DNA from: an uncultured Clostridia bacterium
GTDB lineage: Bacteria > Bacillota > Clostridia > Christensenellales > UBA1242
Assembly: GCA_937874195.1 (NCBI GenBank)
Contig: CALNBM010000038.1
Span: 1-58,450 of the forward strand
DNA length: 58,450 nucleotides
Direction: 5' to 3'
Part shown: positions 19,375 through 28,848 of the stretch, one piece after another
Position numbering within the stretch: position 1 is the stretch's first letter
Layout of the letters: every line of letters starts with the position of its first letter
The notes under the pieces: model-generated
Told to the model about the DNA's origin: nothing
Seen by the model: the letters and a program-made list of their open reading frames with translations, nothing else
Databases searched by the model: none
Made by a program: the position numbers and the translations under genes

Positions 19375-19477
19375 TAACTATTTATAAAAAGCATCAAATC
19401 AAACGGACTGGGAAAATATACAAGATTGAAATGACTAAATATTTATAAAAATATTAATTTAAATACAAGTTTAAGTA

Positions 19478-19506
19478 TTGACTTTTTGTCTCGTTACTGT
19501 TACAAT
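19478..19506 (+). promoter_or_regulatory. sigma-A promoter of the 19578 gene
   Basis: TTGACT-N17-TACAAT with extended -10 TG. Confidence 0.75.
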
Positions 19507-19577
19507 AAAACTAGCAATTAATAATTTATCTACATTAATAATTAGTTTTAAAAAAACAAAATTTTAGGGGGTATATT

Positions 19578-20312
19578 ATGAATAAACAAATTTTGAAAGT
19601 AAACGATAAAATTGTTGTTCCATATCATATGCAAGCAAATGCTGCTAAAAGAATTACGGCATCTTTACCCCAAAATGTTCAATTAAATAATACTGCAAGA
19701 CTAGAAGAAGTTCTAGCATATTACTATTTGCAAAAAGCAGGCGTTATTTTTGATAAAAATAGTGATGTTATCATCGGCGATTCAAAAAACGCGCCAGATA
19801 TTGTGAGTGGAAATTATGGCGTGGAAGTGACTACGCGTGGTTATATTAAAACTTGTCCTGAATATGGAACTGTGTGGAATTTTATACCTTGTAATTATGA
19901 TTCTATAAAAAACCCAAATTCTCCACATCTTTTAGAACAAGCTCTTTTAAAAAAACAAGCACATATTAGTTATTACGGTAATAGAAAAAATAATTTATTT
20001 ATTACCTCTGTTGTTCCATCAAGCAAACAACAATTATTAGAAGCACAATCAACATTGGCTCATATTCAAAAGCATCATAAAAACCATTATGAACATTTAA
20101 TTTGCAACCTTGACAAAGGCTTGTTTGTGGTAGATAACAAAAGTATTGAAAGACTTGATATTCCAAAAGAATTTAAAGAAGAATTAAATTTAAGTGGATA
20201 TCAAGAAATTTGTAATTATGTTAAAAATAGACAAATGCAAAATAATATCGCAGAAGACTATCACAGAGGCGCGGTTGCGGCTTTGGATAATAGCGTGTTT
20301 ATGACAAGATAA
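19578..20312 (+). CDS. Hypothetical protein, possible PD-(D/E)xK nuclease-like fold
   Basis: Helix with EE, then APDIVSGNYGVEVT (PD...EVT), later ALLKKQ..I..Y..R.NNLFI; AGGGGG RBS; ends SVFMTR. The ORF is solid, the fold call is tentative. Confidence 0.55.
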   Translation: MNKQILKVNDKIVVPYHMQANAAKRITASLPQNVQLNNTARLEEVLAYYYLQKAGVIFDKNSDVIIGDSKNAPDIVSGNYGVEVTTRGYIKTCPEYGTVWNFIPCNYDSIKNPNSPHLLEQALLKKQAHISYYGNRKNNLFITSVVPSSKQQLLEAQSTLAHIQKHHKNHYEHLICNLDKGLFVVDNKSIERLDIPKEFKEELNLSGYQEICNYVKNRQMQNNIAEDYHRGAVAALDNSVFMTR

Positions 20313-20344
20313 CAATTTAAACGATACCTTGAATGATTGGATTT

Positions 20345-20372
20345 AGGAAGAAATTTAATTTCTTCCTTTTTT
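20345..20372 (+). terminator. Rho-independent terminator
   Basis: AGGAAGAAAT-TTA-ATTTCTTCCT followed by a T-run. Confidence 0.75.
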
Positions 20373-20640
20373 GTATTTGCATTTTAAAATTTAATCAAAT
20401 TATTTAACATAAGCGTATTAAATTTAATTAAGATGAAAAACGCTGTTCATATCTGCTTAATCAGACAGATATTTTTATTAAAAGTATAAAGTATATAGTA
20501 AAATTATTTTATTTTAGTTGTGCTAAAAATTATAGAAATTTTGAAAAATAATGTATAATAGTTTTGATATTAAGTTATTAATAAATAGATTTTATGGTTA
20601 GAAAAGAACATTAATTTATTATAAACAAAAGGTGGGCAAT

Positions 20641-21123
20641 ATGTGTAAAAAAATAATTGAATGGTTGTATTTACGAACTAAAAATAATCTTGTTTACTAT
20701 GATAATTTAACAGGTGTTTATAATAGGCAGTTTTATGGTCGTGTATTAATTAAAAAAACTATAAATGAAGAAGTTGTTGTTATCATGTTAGATCTTAATA
20801 ATCTAAAAACAATTAACGACACATTTGGCCATGCTTCCGGCGATAAATTGATTATTGGAATAACTTCTTCTTTAAAAAATTATGGAACTGTTTGCAGATT
20901 GGGTGGTGATGAGTTTTTAATATTAACAAATAATGAAAAATTAGAACTGTTTAAAAAATATGCAAATAATAATGATGATTTTTGTTATGCATACGCAACA
21001 AAAGAAAAAGGCGTTAGTCTTGAACATGCAATAATACCTATAGATAAAGAACTATTAAAAATAAAAAACGATTATAGGAAAAAACATCCGCGTGGTGCGG
21101 TTAATACAGATACTAAAAATTAA
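20641..21123 (+). CDS. Stand-alone GGDEF domain protein (putative diguanylate cyclase)
   Basis: DNLTGVYNR, DLNNLKTINDTFGHASGD, CRLGGDEF. Confidence 0.92.
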   Translation: MCKKIIEWLYLRTKNNLVYYDNLTGVYNRQFYGRVLIKKTINEEVVVIMLDLNNLKTINDTFGHASGDKLIIGITSSLKNYGTVCRLGGDEFLILTNNEKLELFKKYANNNDDFCYAYATKEKGVSLEHAIIPIDKELLKIKNDYRKKHPRGAVNTDTKN

Positions 21124-21134
21124 TAGTAATAATG

Positions 21135-21641
21135 TTATATAAACTTGCAGATTTGGCAGGTAATAATAATAGAAATAAAGTTTGTGAATAATGCAATAGC
21201 AATAATTTTTCCATATTTTTCAATCTTTGTTTTTGAAAAATAAATTACAGAAATAAAAAAAACTGCTTCGCTTGTTGCAGCTATAACTGATGCGCAGCGC
21301 CCGATATAAGAATCCGCTCCATAGGTTACGAGTAGATTTTCAAGCATCGCAAGTCCACCCGCTCCTGAAAAATTTTTAATCACAATTAGTTCTATTAGTT
21401 CTTTCGGTATGCCTAAAAACCCTAAAAAGGGTGCAAAAAAAGACGAGAATGCAACATTTAAATTACTTATTGTATAGATTTCAAAAAGCATTAATATCGC
21501 CACTAAATATGGAAAAATAGTAAGTATTAAATCAAAAGATGATTTTGCGCCGTCTGTAAAACCTTTATAGGCGTTTGTTTTTTTATATACAGAATAAAGC
21601 AATATAAACACAATTAATGCAGGAAGAAGATATGCACTCAT
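21135..21641 (-). CDS. spmB: Spore maturation protein B
   Basis: Y..F.DGAK..F, I.PYLVA, SG.G, YGADSYIGR.ASVI, YF; follows spmA. Confidence 0.9.
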   Translation of the reverse strand: MSAYLLPALIVFILLYSVYKKTNAYKGFTDGAKSSFDLILTIFPYLVAILMLFEIYTISNLNVAFSSFFAPFLGFLGIPKELIELIVIKNFSGAGGLAMLENLLVTYGADSYIGRCASVIAATSEAVFFISVIYFSKTKIEKYGKIIAIALFTNFISIIITCQICKFI

Positions 21642-22204
21642 CTTTTTATCCTTTTATAGAAAAGCTTAACAAGTGTGATGCCTATAACAAGCGATATAAT
21701 TGAAACTATTATTGACGGGAAAATAATGCTGGCTGGGTTTTGACTTCCGCTTAACATTCTAAGCCCAATGATAGTGGATGGGATAATTTGAAGGTTGCAT
21801 GAGTTGATTAATATAAGCATACTCATAGCGAATGTGGGACTTCTAGATGGCTGTTCTTTATACATTAAATACATCGCTTCAATTCCGCTTGGTACACTTG
21901 CGTTACCGATTCCAAAAATGTTTCCTGTTAAATTTATAGATAGTTGATTTTTAATATTGTTATTAATATCGCCAAATAAAAACCTTAATAACGGACTAAA
22001 AAATCGAGCAAGCTTTTTGTCTAGTTCGCTAGTTTCCACGAGTTTTAGTAGTCCTAACCAAACAGCGTAGATTGCCCATAGTTTTAGCGCAAGTGTAATT
22101 GATTTTTCACCACCGCCAATGAGCGCAGAAAAAACACTATTTGGCTGGTTGATAATAAGTAAGATAATGCTTATTATAAGCAGGGTTGTCCATAATATGT
22201 TCAT
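21638..22204 (-). CDS. spmA: Spore maturation protein A
   Basis: MN.LW, WLGLLKL.E.S.L, NL.GNIFGIGNASVPSGIEAM, INS..LQIIPSTIIGLR...GS.NP. Confidence 0.93.
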   Translation of the reverse strand: MNILWTTLLIISIILLIINQPNSVFSALIGGGEKSITLALKLWAIYAVWLGLLKLVETSELDKKLARFFSPLLRFLFGDINNNIKNQLSINLTGNIFGIGNASVPSGIEAMYLMYKEQPSRSPTFAMSMLILINSCNLQIIPSTIIGLRMLSGSQNPASIIFPSIIVSIISLVIGITLVKLFYKRIKR

Positions 22205-22523
22205 ATTTTATGGTATGAGAGAAAATTAAAAATTAAAACAGTTTTGCTTTATTAAATGATTAGTTTGTAGTTAATAAGAAATTGATTTAAACTTGCTTTT
22301 TAGTTTTTGTTATCTATTTTTAAAAAAAATTAAATTTTGAAAATTATTTACTTGATAAACCATTAATGATATAAGCGTTTTAGTTTTTAAATATTATTTG
22401 GCTTAAAAATAAAATTGACTACCATAGATTATTAGTGTTAAAAATTTATTTGTAAACATAAATAATTATATTAAATCTGGCGAAATTTCTTTAATAACAC
22501 AAGTAATGTGCTAACAATTCCGC

Positions 22524-22552
22524 TTTACACTTTTATATTTTTGTGATATAGT
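22524..22552 (+). promoter_or_regulatory. sigma-A promoter of metG-tatD
   Basis: TTTACA-N17-TATAGT with TG, about 25 nt before the ATG. Confidence 0.6.
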
Positions 22553-22576
22553 AACATGTAAAATTAAGGAGGAGTT

Positions 22577-24523
22577 ATGAGCGAAAAATACTATGTTACA
22601 ACACCAATTTACTATGCAAGTGGCAATTTGCATGTTGGTCATTGTTTCTGTTCCATACTTGCAGATGCGTGCGCGCGCTTTTTTAGATTGGATGGCAAAG
22701 ATGTCATGTTTTTAACAGGAAGCGATGAACATGGTATGAAAGTGATGCGTTCGGCAGAGGTACTAGGACTGACTCCTAAACAGTTTGTGGATGGTGTTGT
22801 GGATAATTTTAAAGATATTTTTAAAAGCATTCATATTTCGTATGACAAGTTTATCCGCACTACCGATAAAGAGCATGTTGATTGTGTTAGAAAAATTATG
22901 CAAAAGTTATATGATAACGGCGATATTTATCAAAGTGTATATGAAGGGCTTTATTGCGTTCCTTGCGAAACATATTTTTCTGCCAAAGATCTTAAAGATG
23001 GTAATTGTCCTGATTGCAATAGACCTGTGGAAAAAACCAGTGAAAAATGCTATTTTTTAAAACTTAGTAAATATCAAGATTTTATTGAAAAGTTATTTAA
23101 CGATAACCCTAATTTTTTAGTTCCCAAAAGTAGAAAAAATGAAATTTATAATAATTTTATTAAAGATGGTGTTCAAGATTTATGTTTAACACGCACTTCC
23201 TTTGATTGGGGAATTAAAGCTCCCTTTGATGAGGAGCATGTTATTTATGTCTGGTGCGATGCTTTAATAAATTATATAAGCGCACTTGGTTATAGCAGTG
23301 AAAATGACGAAAACTTTAAAAAGTACTGGCCTGCTATTCATCTTGTGGGAAGGGATATAACTCGTTTCCATACAATTATTTGGCCAATACTTCTTCACGC
23401 AATAGGTTTGGAAGTTCCAAAACAAGTGCATTCCACTGGTTTTATTACATCAAAAGGCGACAGAATATCAAAGAGTAAAAGCAATGGATTTGATGTTAAA
23501 GTGCTAAGCGACAGGTATGGAGCAGACGCACTTAGATATTATTTGTTAAAAGAAGGTCCAATTTTTAATGATGTGCCTTATGAGTCTTCTATTTTTCTTA
23601 ACACTATAAATAGTGATTTGTGTAATAATTTAGGAAACTTAGTAAGCAGAACGCTTGCTATGATAACTCAATATTTTAATGGTGTTTTACCAAAAGCAAA
23701 CGAGTTTGTAAACGAAGATAAAAAATTAATTGATATGTGTGGCTCCTTGCTTAGTGATGTTCGAAAAGATATGGAAGAACAGCGAGTGGATAATGCGCTT
23801 AGAAAAATTATGAGTGTGGTTGATTACGCAAATAAATATATCGATATAAATATGCCGTGGAAACTTGCAAAAGAAGAAAATGGACAAGAAAGGCTCGCAA
23901 CTGTTATGTATGTTTTAAGCGAAAGTATTAGAATTTGCGCAGTTGTGTTGCAAGCATTTTTAGTGGAAATTCCACAAAAAATAAAAAACCAATTTAATTT
24001 TCCAGAAAGTCTTTTCACATTTAAAAGTGTGGCATCTTTTTCAAAAAAGATTAGCGGGCTAAAAGTAACTAAGGGCGACAATATTTTTCCTAGGTTAGAT
24101 ATTGCCAAAGAAATCATGTTTTTAGAGGAGCCGGCAATGAACAGTAAAGAAAGTAAACAAGTAAGCAATAAAGAGATGAAGTCTTTAACAAAAACAGAAA
24201 TCAATATTCAAGATTTCGATAAAATGAATTTTAAAGTCGGCACAATTCTTGCTTGTGAAAAGGTGGCTGGTGCGGATAAGTTGTTAGTAAGCAAAGTGGA
24301 CACTGGCGATAAGGTGCGAACTATTGTAAGTGGAGTTGCAAAAAGTTTTGAGCCTGCAAATCTTGTTGGCAAACAAGTGGTAGTGGTTGCGAACTTGCAA
24401 CCCGTTAAACTTAGAGGAATATTATCTGAGGGAATGATACTCTTTGCAGTAGATGAAAAAACGGGCAAGTTCTCGCTAGTATCTCCTGATAGCGTGGTGG
24501 CTAATGGGAGTGAAGTGTGTTAG
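22577..24523 (+). CDS. metG: Methionine--tRNA ligase with C-terminal tRNA-binding domain
   Basis: TTPIYY...LHVGH, GSDEHG, Zn knuckles, YVWCDAL.NY, RISKS (KMSKS equivalent), C-terminal Trbp111-like domain. Confidence 0.98.
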   Translation: MSEKYYVTTPIYYASGNLHVGHCFCSILADACARFFRLDGKDVMFLTGSDEHGMKVMRSAEVLGLTPKQFVDGVVDNFKDIFKSIHISYDKFIRTTDKEHVDCVRKIMQKLYDNGDIYQSVYEGLYCVPCETYFSAKDLKDGNCPDCNRPVEKTSEKCYFLKLSKYQDFIEKLFNDNPNFLVPKSRKNEIYNNFIKDGVQDLCLTRTSFDWGIKAPFDEEHVIYVWCDALINYISALGYSSENDENFKKYWPAIHLVGRDITRFHTIIWPILLHAIGLEVPKQVHSTGFITSKGDRISKSKSNGFDVKVLSDRYGADALRYYLLKEGPIFNDVPYESSIFLNTINSDLCNNLGNLVSRTLAMITQYFNGVLPKANEFVNEDKKLIDMCGSLLSDVRKDMEEQRVDNALRKIMSVVDYANKYIDINMPWKLAKEENGQERLATVMYVLSESIRICAVVLQAFLVEIPQKIKNQFNFPESLFTFKSVASFSKKISGLKVTKGDNIFPRLDIAKEIMFLEEPAMNSKESKQVSNKEMKSLTKTEINIQDFDKMNFKVGTILACEKVAGADKLLVSKVDTGDKVRTIVSGVAKSFEPANLVGKQVVVVANLQPVKLRGILSEGMILFAVDEKTGKFSLVSPDSVVANGSEVC

Positions 24524-25308
24524 AATTAATAGACAGTCATGCTCATTTAAACGATAAGGTTTTTGATAAGGTGCATTTTGACGCCGAGTTTTTTGAGCAA
24601 GATGGATATTTATTAAAACGCGTGCTTACTGTTGGATATGATAAGGAAAGTATATTAAAAACCATGGAGATAGTTAATAATAATGAGCGAATCTATGGTA
24701 TTGTTGGTTGTCACCCACAAGATGCAAATGAGTATGACGACAAGTTTGAGAAGTTGCTAATAACTTGTTCAACCCACAATAAAGTGGTTGCTGTTGGCGA
24801 AATTGGTTTGGATTTTTACAAAGAAGAACATCTTAAAACCCGTGAACAACAAACGCAGGTTTTTATTAAACAGTTAGAACTTGCTCATAAATTAAAATTA
24901 CCTGTTGTTATTCATATTAGAGATGCTTTTCCTGAGGCTCTTGAGATTTTAAAAAACAGAAAGCATTTGTTAAAAAATGGCGGACTGGTGCATTGTTTCA
25001 CTGGTACAATAGATGATTATAAAAGTATTAAAGAACTAGGATTGATTTTTTCAGTAGGCGGACCAATAACATTTAAAAATGCTGGTAACATTATTGATGT
25101 TGTTAAAAATTGCGATATAAACGATTTATTGATAGAAACAGATTGTCCATATTTAACACCCGAACCTTTTAGGGGGCGGGTTAAAAATCAACCAATAATG
25201 GTTAGATTTGTTTTTAAAAAAGTTGCAGAAATTAGAAATATGCAAAATAAAGAGTTAGAAAGAATTTTGCTTAATAATACTAATAAACTTTTTAAAAAGT
25301 TGAAATAG
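24517..25308 (+). CDS. tatD: TatD family hydrolase
   Basis: IDSHAHL, GCHP, AVGEIGLDF, PVVIHIRDA, HCFTG, ETDCPYL.P. Confidence 0.96.
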   Translation: MLELIDSHAHLNDKVFDKVHFDAEFFEQDGYLLKRVLTVGYDKESILKTMEIVNNNERIYGIVGCHPQDANEYDDKFEKLLITCSTHNKVVAVGEIGLDFYKEEHLKTREQQTQVFIKQLELAHKLKLPVVIHIRDAFPEALEILKNRKHLLKNGGLVHCFTGTIDDYKSIKELGLIFSVGGPITFKNAGNIIDVVKNCDINDLLIETDCPYLTPEPFRGRVKNQPIMVRFVFKKVAEIRNMQNKELERILLNNTNKLFKKLK

Positions 25309-25534
25309 TTTTTTTTAAAGTGTATTATGCTTATAAAAAAGTTTACTTTTTATGAGTATGAAAGTCCTAAACTCCCTAAATAAAATCGAAATTTAATAAC
25401 TATGAACTAATTATTTTTTTAAATAAATGCTTTAAAGGAAGTGTTGGTTATAATATATAATAATTCAGCAAATGGGTTTGCCCTATAAATGCCATATATT
25501 AAAAAATAATTCGCTACTTATAAGGAATAAAAAA

Positions 25535-26365
25535 TTGAGTGAATTAGATAGATTATTTGATAGTAAGTTTTCATTTAATAAAAAATTTGGTCAAAATTTC
25601 ATTTTTGATGGTAATTTGTTGCGAGCAATCGTTGCTGACACAAAAATCGATAAAGATTTCACGGTGTTGGAAATAGGCACGGGCGCGGGCACGCTCACTA
25701 AAGAGATTGCAACAGTTGCAAAAAAAGTTATAACTTTAGAAGTGGATAAAAACCTAAAAGATTATTTGAATCAAACTTTTAGCGAATTTTCAAATATTGA
25801 ATTGATTTTTCAAGATGTTATGAAAGTTGATTTGAAAGAATTAGAAAGCAAGCTTGGCGGTAAATATGTGATAGTAGCAAATCTTCCTTATTATATAACC
25901 ACGCCAGTTATTTTTAAATTTATCGAAGGTGCAACAAACCTACAAGCGATGTATGTTATGGTGCAATTGGAGGTGGCAAACAGAATTTGCGCAAAACCCG
26001 GTACTGTTGATTATGGCTCAATAACTCCAATTATTGATCGTATTGCAAACGCTTATATTATTAGGCGGGTGAATCGTAAGATGTTTGTGCCATCGCCAAA
26101 AGTTGATAGTGCGGTGGTAGGAATTGTTTTTGATGAAAATAAATATAAAATTGCAAATAAACAGTTGTTTAGCAAAGTTATTAAAAGTGTTTTTGCCATG
26201 AGAAGAAAAACGCTGGAAAATAATTTAAAATCCACTTTTGCTTTTACCGCACAGCAAATTGATGAAATATTTAAAGCTTGTGAGCTCGAAAAAGGAATTC
26301 GGGGAGAAAAACTAACAACAGAGCAATTTGTAAAACTTACAAACATAATTGCTTCCATGATTTAA
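25535..26365 (+). CDS. rsmA: 16S rRNA adenine dimethyltransferase
   Basis: KKFGQNFI, VLEIGTGAGTLT, VANLPYYITTP, F.PSPKVDSAVV, RRKTL.N; start probably TTG 25535 after AAGGA. Confidence 0.97.
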   Translation: MSELDRLFDSKFSFNKKFGQNFIFDGNLLRAIVADTKIDKDFTVLEIGTGAGTLTKEIATVAKKVITLEVDKNLKDYLNQTFSEFSNIELIFQDVMKVDLKELESKLGGKYVIVANLPYYITTPVIFKFIEGATNLQAMYVMVQLEVANRICAKPGTVDYGSITPIIDRIANAYIIRRVNRKMFVPSPKVDSAVVGIVFDENKYKIANKQLFSKVIKSVFAMRRKTLENNLKSTFAFTAQQIDEIFKACELEKGIRGEKLTTEQFVKLTNIIASMI

Positions 26366-26603
26366 ATGTTGAAACTATTGCTGAAAAAGTATATATTAAA
26401 TGGAAAAAGTTTGCTTTAAAAGGTGTAGTGTTAGAGCTTATATGATGACGAGGGTTGCCAGGTTATTATAAAAATTTAAATTTGAGTTTTTAGATTAATT
26501 TTTCTAAATATTAAAATAATTCAATAAAAAGTAAAAAAAATTAAGTAACAAAAATTAATGTTTAAATAATAAATAAGTCAAACTAAATAATATGAATTCA
26601 ATG

Positions 26604-26637
26604 CGAATAAAAATTTTAAATTTTATTCGTTTTTTTT
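26604..26637 (+). terminator. Rho-independent terminator
   Basis: CGAATAAAA-loop-TTTTATTCG followed by T8. Confidence 0.65.
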
Positions 26638-26764
26638 ATTGATAGTAAGGTTAAAACAAAAAACAAGTCAAGTAATTAAAAATTTCGCTAAAATTTATTC
26701 AACTTTTATAATTTCTTTTAATATATAATACATGTAGTAAGAAAAGTTTTAATATTCATAATGG

Positions 26765-26793
26765 TCATTAATTCGTTAAAATTTTCATATAAT
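26765..26793 (+). promoter_or_regulatory. Possible sigma-E (mother cell) promoter
   Basis: TCATTAA-N14-CATATAAT resembles the sigma-E consensus; the AT-rich context weakens the call. Confidence 0.35.
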
Positions 26794-26844
26794 ATAAAAC
26801 TTTTTCGTGTTTTTAAAAAAAATCTCTTTTTAAGGAGTAAAATA

Positions 26845-28086
26845 ATGAGTGCTATTAAAAAGATTATTGTGCTAAGCGATAAGCAAACCGGGAATAGCCC
26901 TAAAGCGGTTCTCACACTTTATAAAAATAATTCTGGTGTTTTTGGAACACTAAAAAATTACGATATACATATTAAAGATGCAATTTTAGGGATAAGTGTT
27001 AATAGCAAACAAGAACTAAAACAGCATGTTTCTTTTGATAGCAGGAACAGCCATAGTTTTAAACTTGATAAAAACTTTAACCTAGATGGCAAAATTGGTT
27101 GTGTGTTAGTTGAAAGTAGGAACGGTAAAATAACTCCTTTAGTTTGGGGGCTCAGTGGCGGAAACGAAAATTATAAACAAGTGGTAATGGATAGCTTGCA
27201 AGCATTAGTTTCTAAAATGAACGAAATAAACGAACAAAATAAAAAACCGGAAATAGTACTTAAAAAGATAAATGAAAATGATGCTTATAAAGATAATATT
27301 GTAGATAAACCGAAAATTGTGCCTAAAACCAAATATGGTGTGATAGAGAAAATCAAAGAAGAAAATGTTGAAAGTATTAGAGAAGATAGTGGGGAGTTTC
27401 AAAAAAGAATAAGAGAAAAAATTTCTGTTAGAGAGGAAGTTAGAGAAAGGACTTCTGGAAGAGAAGAAAAACCCACAAAAAATCAAAATAATGACGAAAA
27501 TATTATGCTCAATCTTGGCAGGCTAAAAGCAAAAGAACTTTTAAAAAATACGCAAACAGGCTTTCATGAAAATTTTTTAAAAGCCAACATTAACGATAGC
27601 AATATTTTTGTTGCATCCGCATTAGACAGCAGTAGTTCAATGCAAGAAGTTGAAAAAAAAGTTATAAAGGCGGGTAAAGTAAGTAAAAAAGAAAGTAATT
27701 TATTTGAATCCACCGACGAAGAAATCGAGGCGGATATTGATAAAGAATTTGGATTTTATAATTTAATAAAAGAGCAAGTAGATGAACTTTTTGCAAAATA
27801 TCCCTCAGAGAATGAATTAGAAAAATTAATTCCGGAAAGTAAGTGGGTTAAAGTGGATTATGAAAACGACGGGCATTATTATGTTATAGGTTTGATATAT
27901 GAAAACGATGCGTTAAAATATATTTGTTATGGTGTACCCGGTACACATGATAAAGAACCGCCTAGCGATTTTGCTAAATACAGTCAATGGATACCATTAA
28001 AAGCAAATCAACCCGACGGCAGGGGATATTGGTTAATGTATCAAGATGCTAATGACGGTCATTCTGTTAATCTTGAAGTGATTTGA
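26845..28086 (+). CDS. Hypothetical protein (two globular ends, charged linker)
   Basis: AAGGAG RBS before ATG 26845; C-terminal domain HYYVIGLIY....YICYGVPG...GYWLMYQD looks like a conserved clostridial hypothetical domain. Confidence 0.75.
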   Translation: MSAIKKIIVLSDKQTGNSPKAVLTLYKNNSGVFGTLKNYDIHIKDAILGISVNSKQELKQHVSFDSRNSHSFKLDKNFNLDGKIGCVLVESRNGKITPLVWGLSGGNENYKQVVMDSLQALVSKMNEINEQNKKPEIVLKKINENDAYKDNIVDKPKIVPKTKYGVIEKIKEENVESIREDSGEFQKRIREKISVREEVRERTSGREEKPTKNQNNDENIMLNLGRLKAKELLKNTQTGFHENFLKANINDSNIFVASALDSSSSMQEVEKKVIKAGKVSKKESNLFESTDEEIEADIDKEFGFYNLIKEQVDELFAKYPSENELEKLIPESKWVKVDYENDGHYYVIGLIYENDALKYICYGVPGTHDKEPPSDFAKYSQWIPLKANQPDGRGYWLMYQDANDGHSVNLEVI

Positions 28087-28465
28087 TGCAGTTATACATA
28101 AATCATGTTTTATGGTTACGAAAATTTATAAGACAAATTTTAAATTCATATTTATATTAAAAATTGTAATAAAATAAACTATATAAAAAAGTGCTATATA
28201 AATACGAATTATAAAAATATGTAATTCAAAGTCGTGCTTACAAAATATATTATAAAAATATGAGTGGATTTTCCACTTTTATTTTTTAAACACTAAAAAA
28301 TTAAAATAAGTGCTTGGTTTAAAAAACTAAACTTTCTTTTTAAAATAGCATCTTTAAATAAAACTATTTTTGAAAAGAGCGATAAAAAAGTTTTCATTTT
28401 AGCGTTTATGTTGCTTACTATTTTAAAGTTTAAAATATAAAAATTCTAACGCTTTTTTAGCGGTG

Positions 28466-28494
28466 GCATAGTTTGGCAAATTTTGGCAATAATA
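28466..28494 (+). promoter_or_regulatory. Possible forespore sigma-F/G promoter of veg
   Basis: GCATA-N14-GGCAATAATA. Confidence 0.4.
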
Positions 28495-28513
28495 TAAATA
28501 AGGAAGTGAAGAT

Positions 28514-28753
28514 ATGAAAAAAAATAATGTTGATATGGAAGAGATAAAGAGAAAGATTGCACTGCTTCAAGGAAAGCTTATATATTTAACAATTAATAAG
28601 GGTAGAAATCGAATAGTAAAGTTAAATGCGTATATTGACCAAGTTTACCCAAGTATGTTTATAATTAAACCCGATGAAAAAGTTGATTTAGATAGAATGA
28701 GTTATTCTTATAGTGATGTGCTTTGCGGAGATATAAGTTCTTCACACTTTTAG
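28514..28753 (+). CDS. veg: Veg family protein
   Basis: NKGRNR, I..VYPSMFII, R.SYSYSDVL; synteny after rsmA. Confidence 0.93.
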   Translation: MKKNNVDMEEIKRKIALLQGKLIYLTINKGRNRIVKLNAYIDQVYPSMFIIKPDEKVDLDRMSYSYSDVLCGDISSSHF

Positions 28754-28848
28754 TAGAATTTACACGGAAAAATAGAAAGTTATTGTCATAAATTTTAAAA
28801 ACTCCTAGTATCATAGTAATAGATTTAAAATTGAAGGGGGTTTTGAAA

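Noticed and set aside
22205-22576. T-box or S-box leader for metG
   Set aside because: No T-box or S-box consensus seen, and a promoter lies about 25 nt from the start codon.
28720-28790. Possible frameshift at the veg 3' end (GDISSSHF)
   Set aside because: Veg C-termini are variable and the protein length is normal; not decidable without reads.
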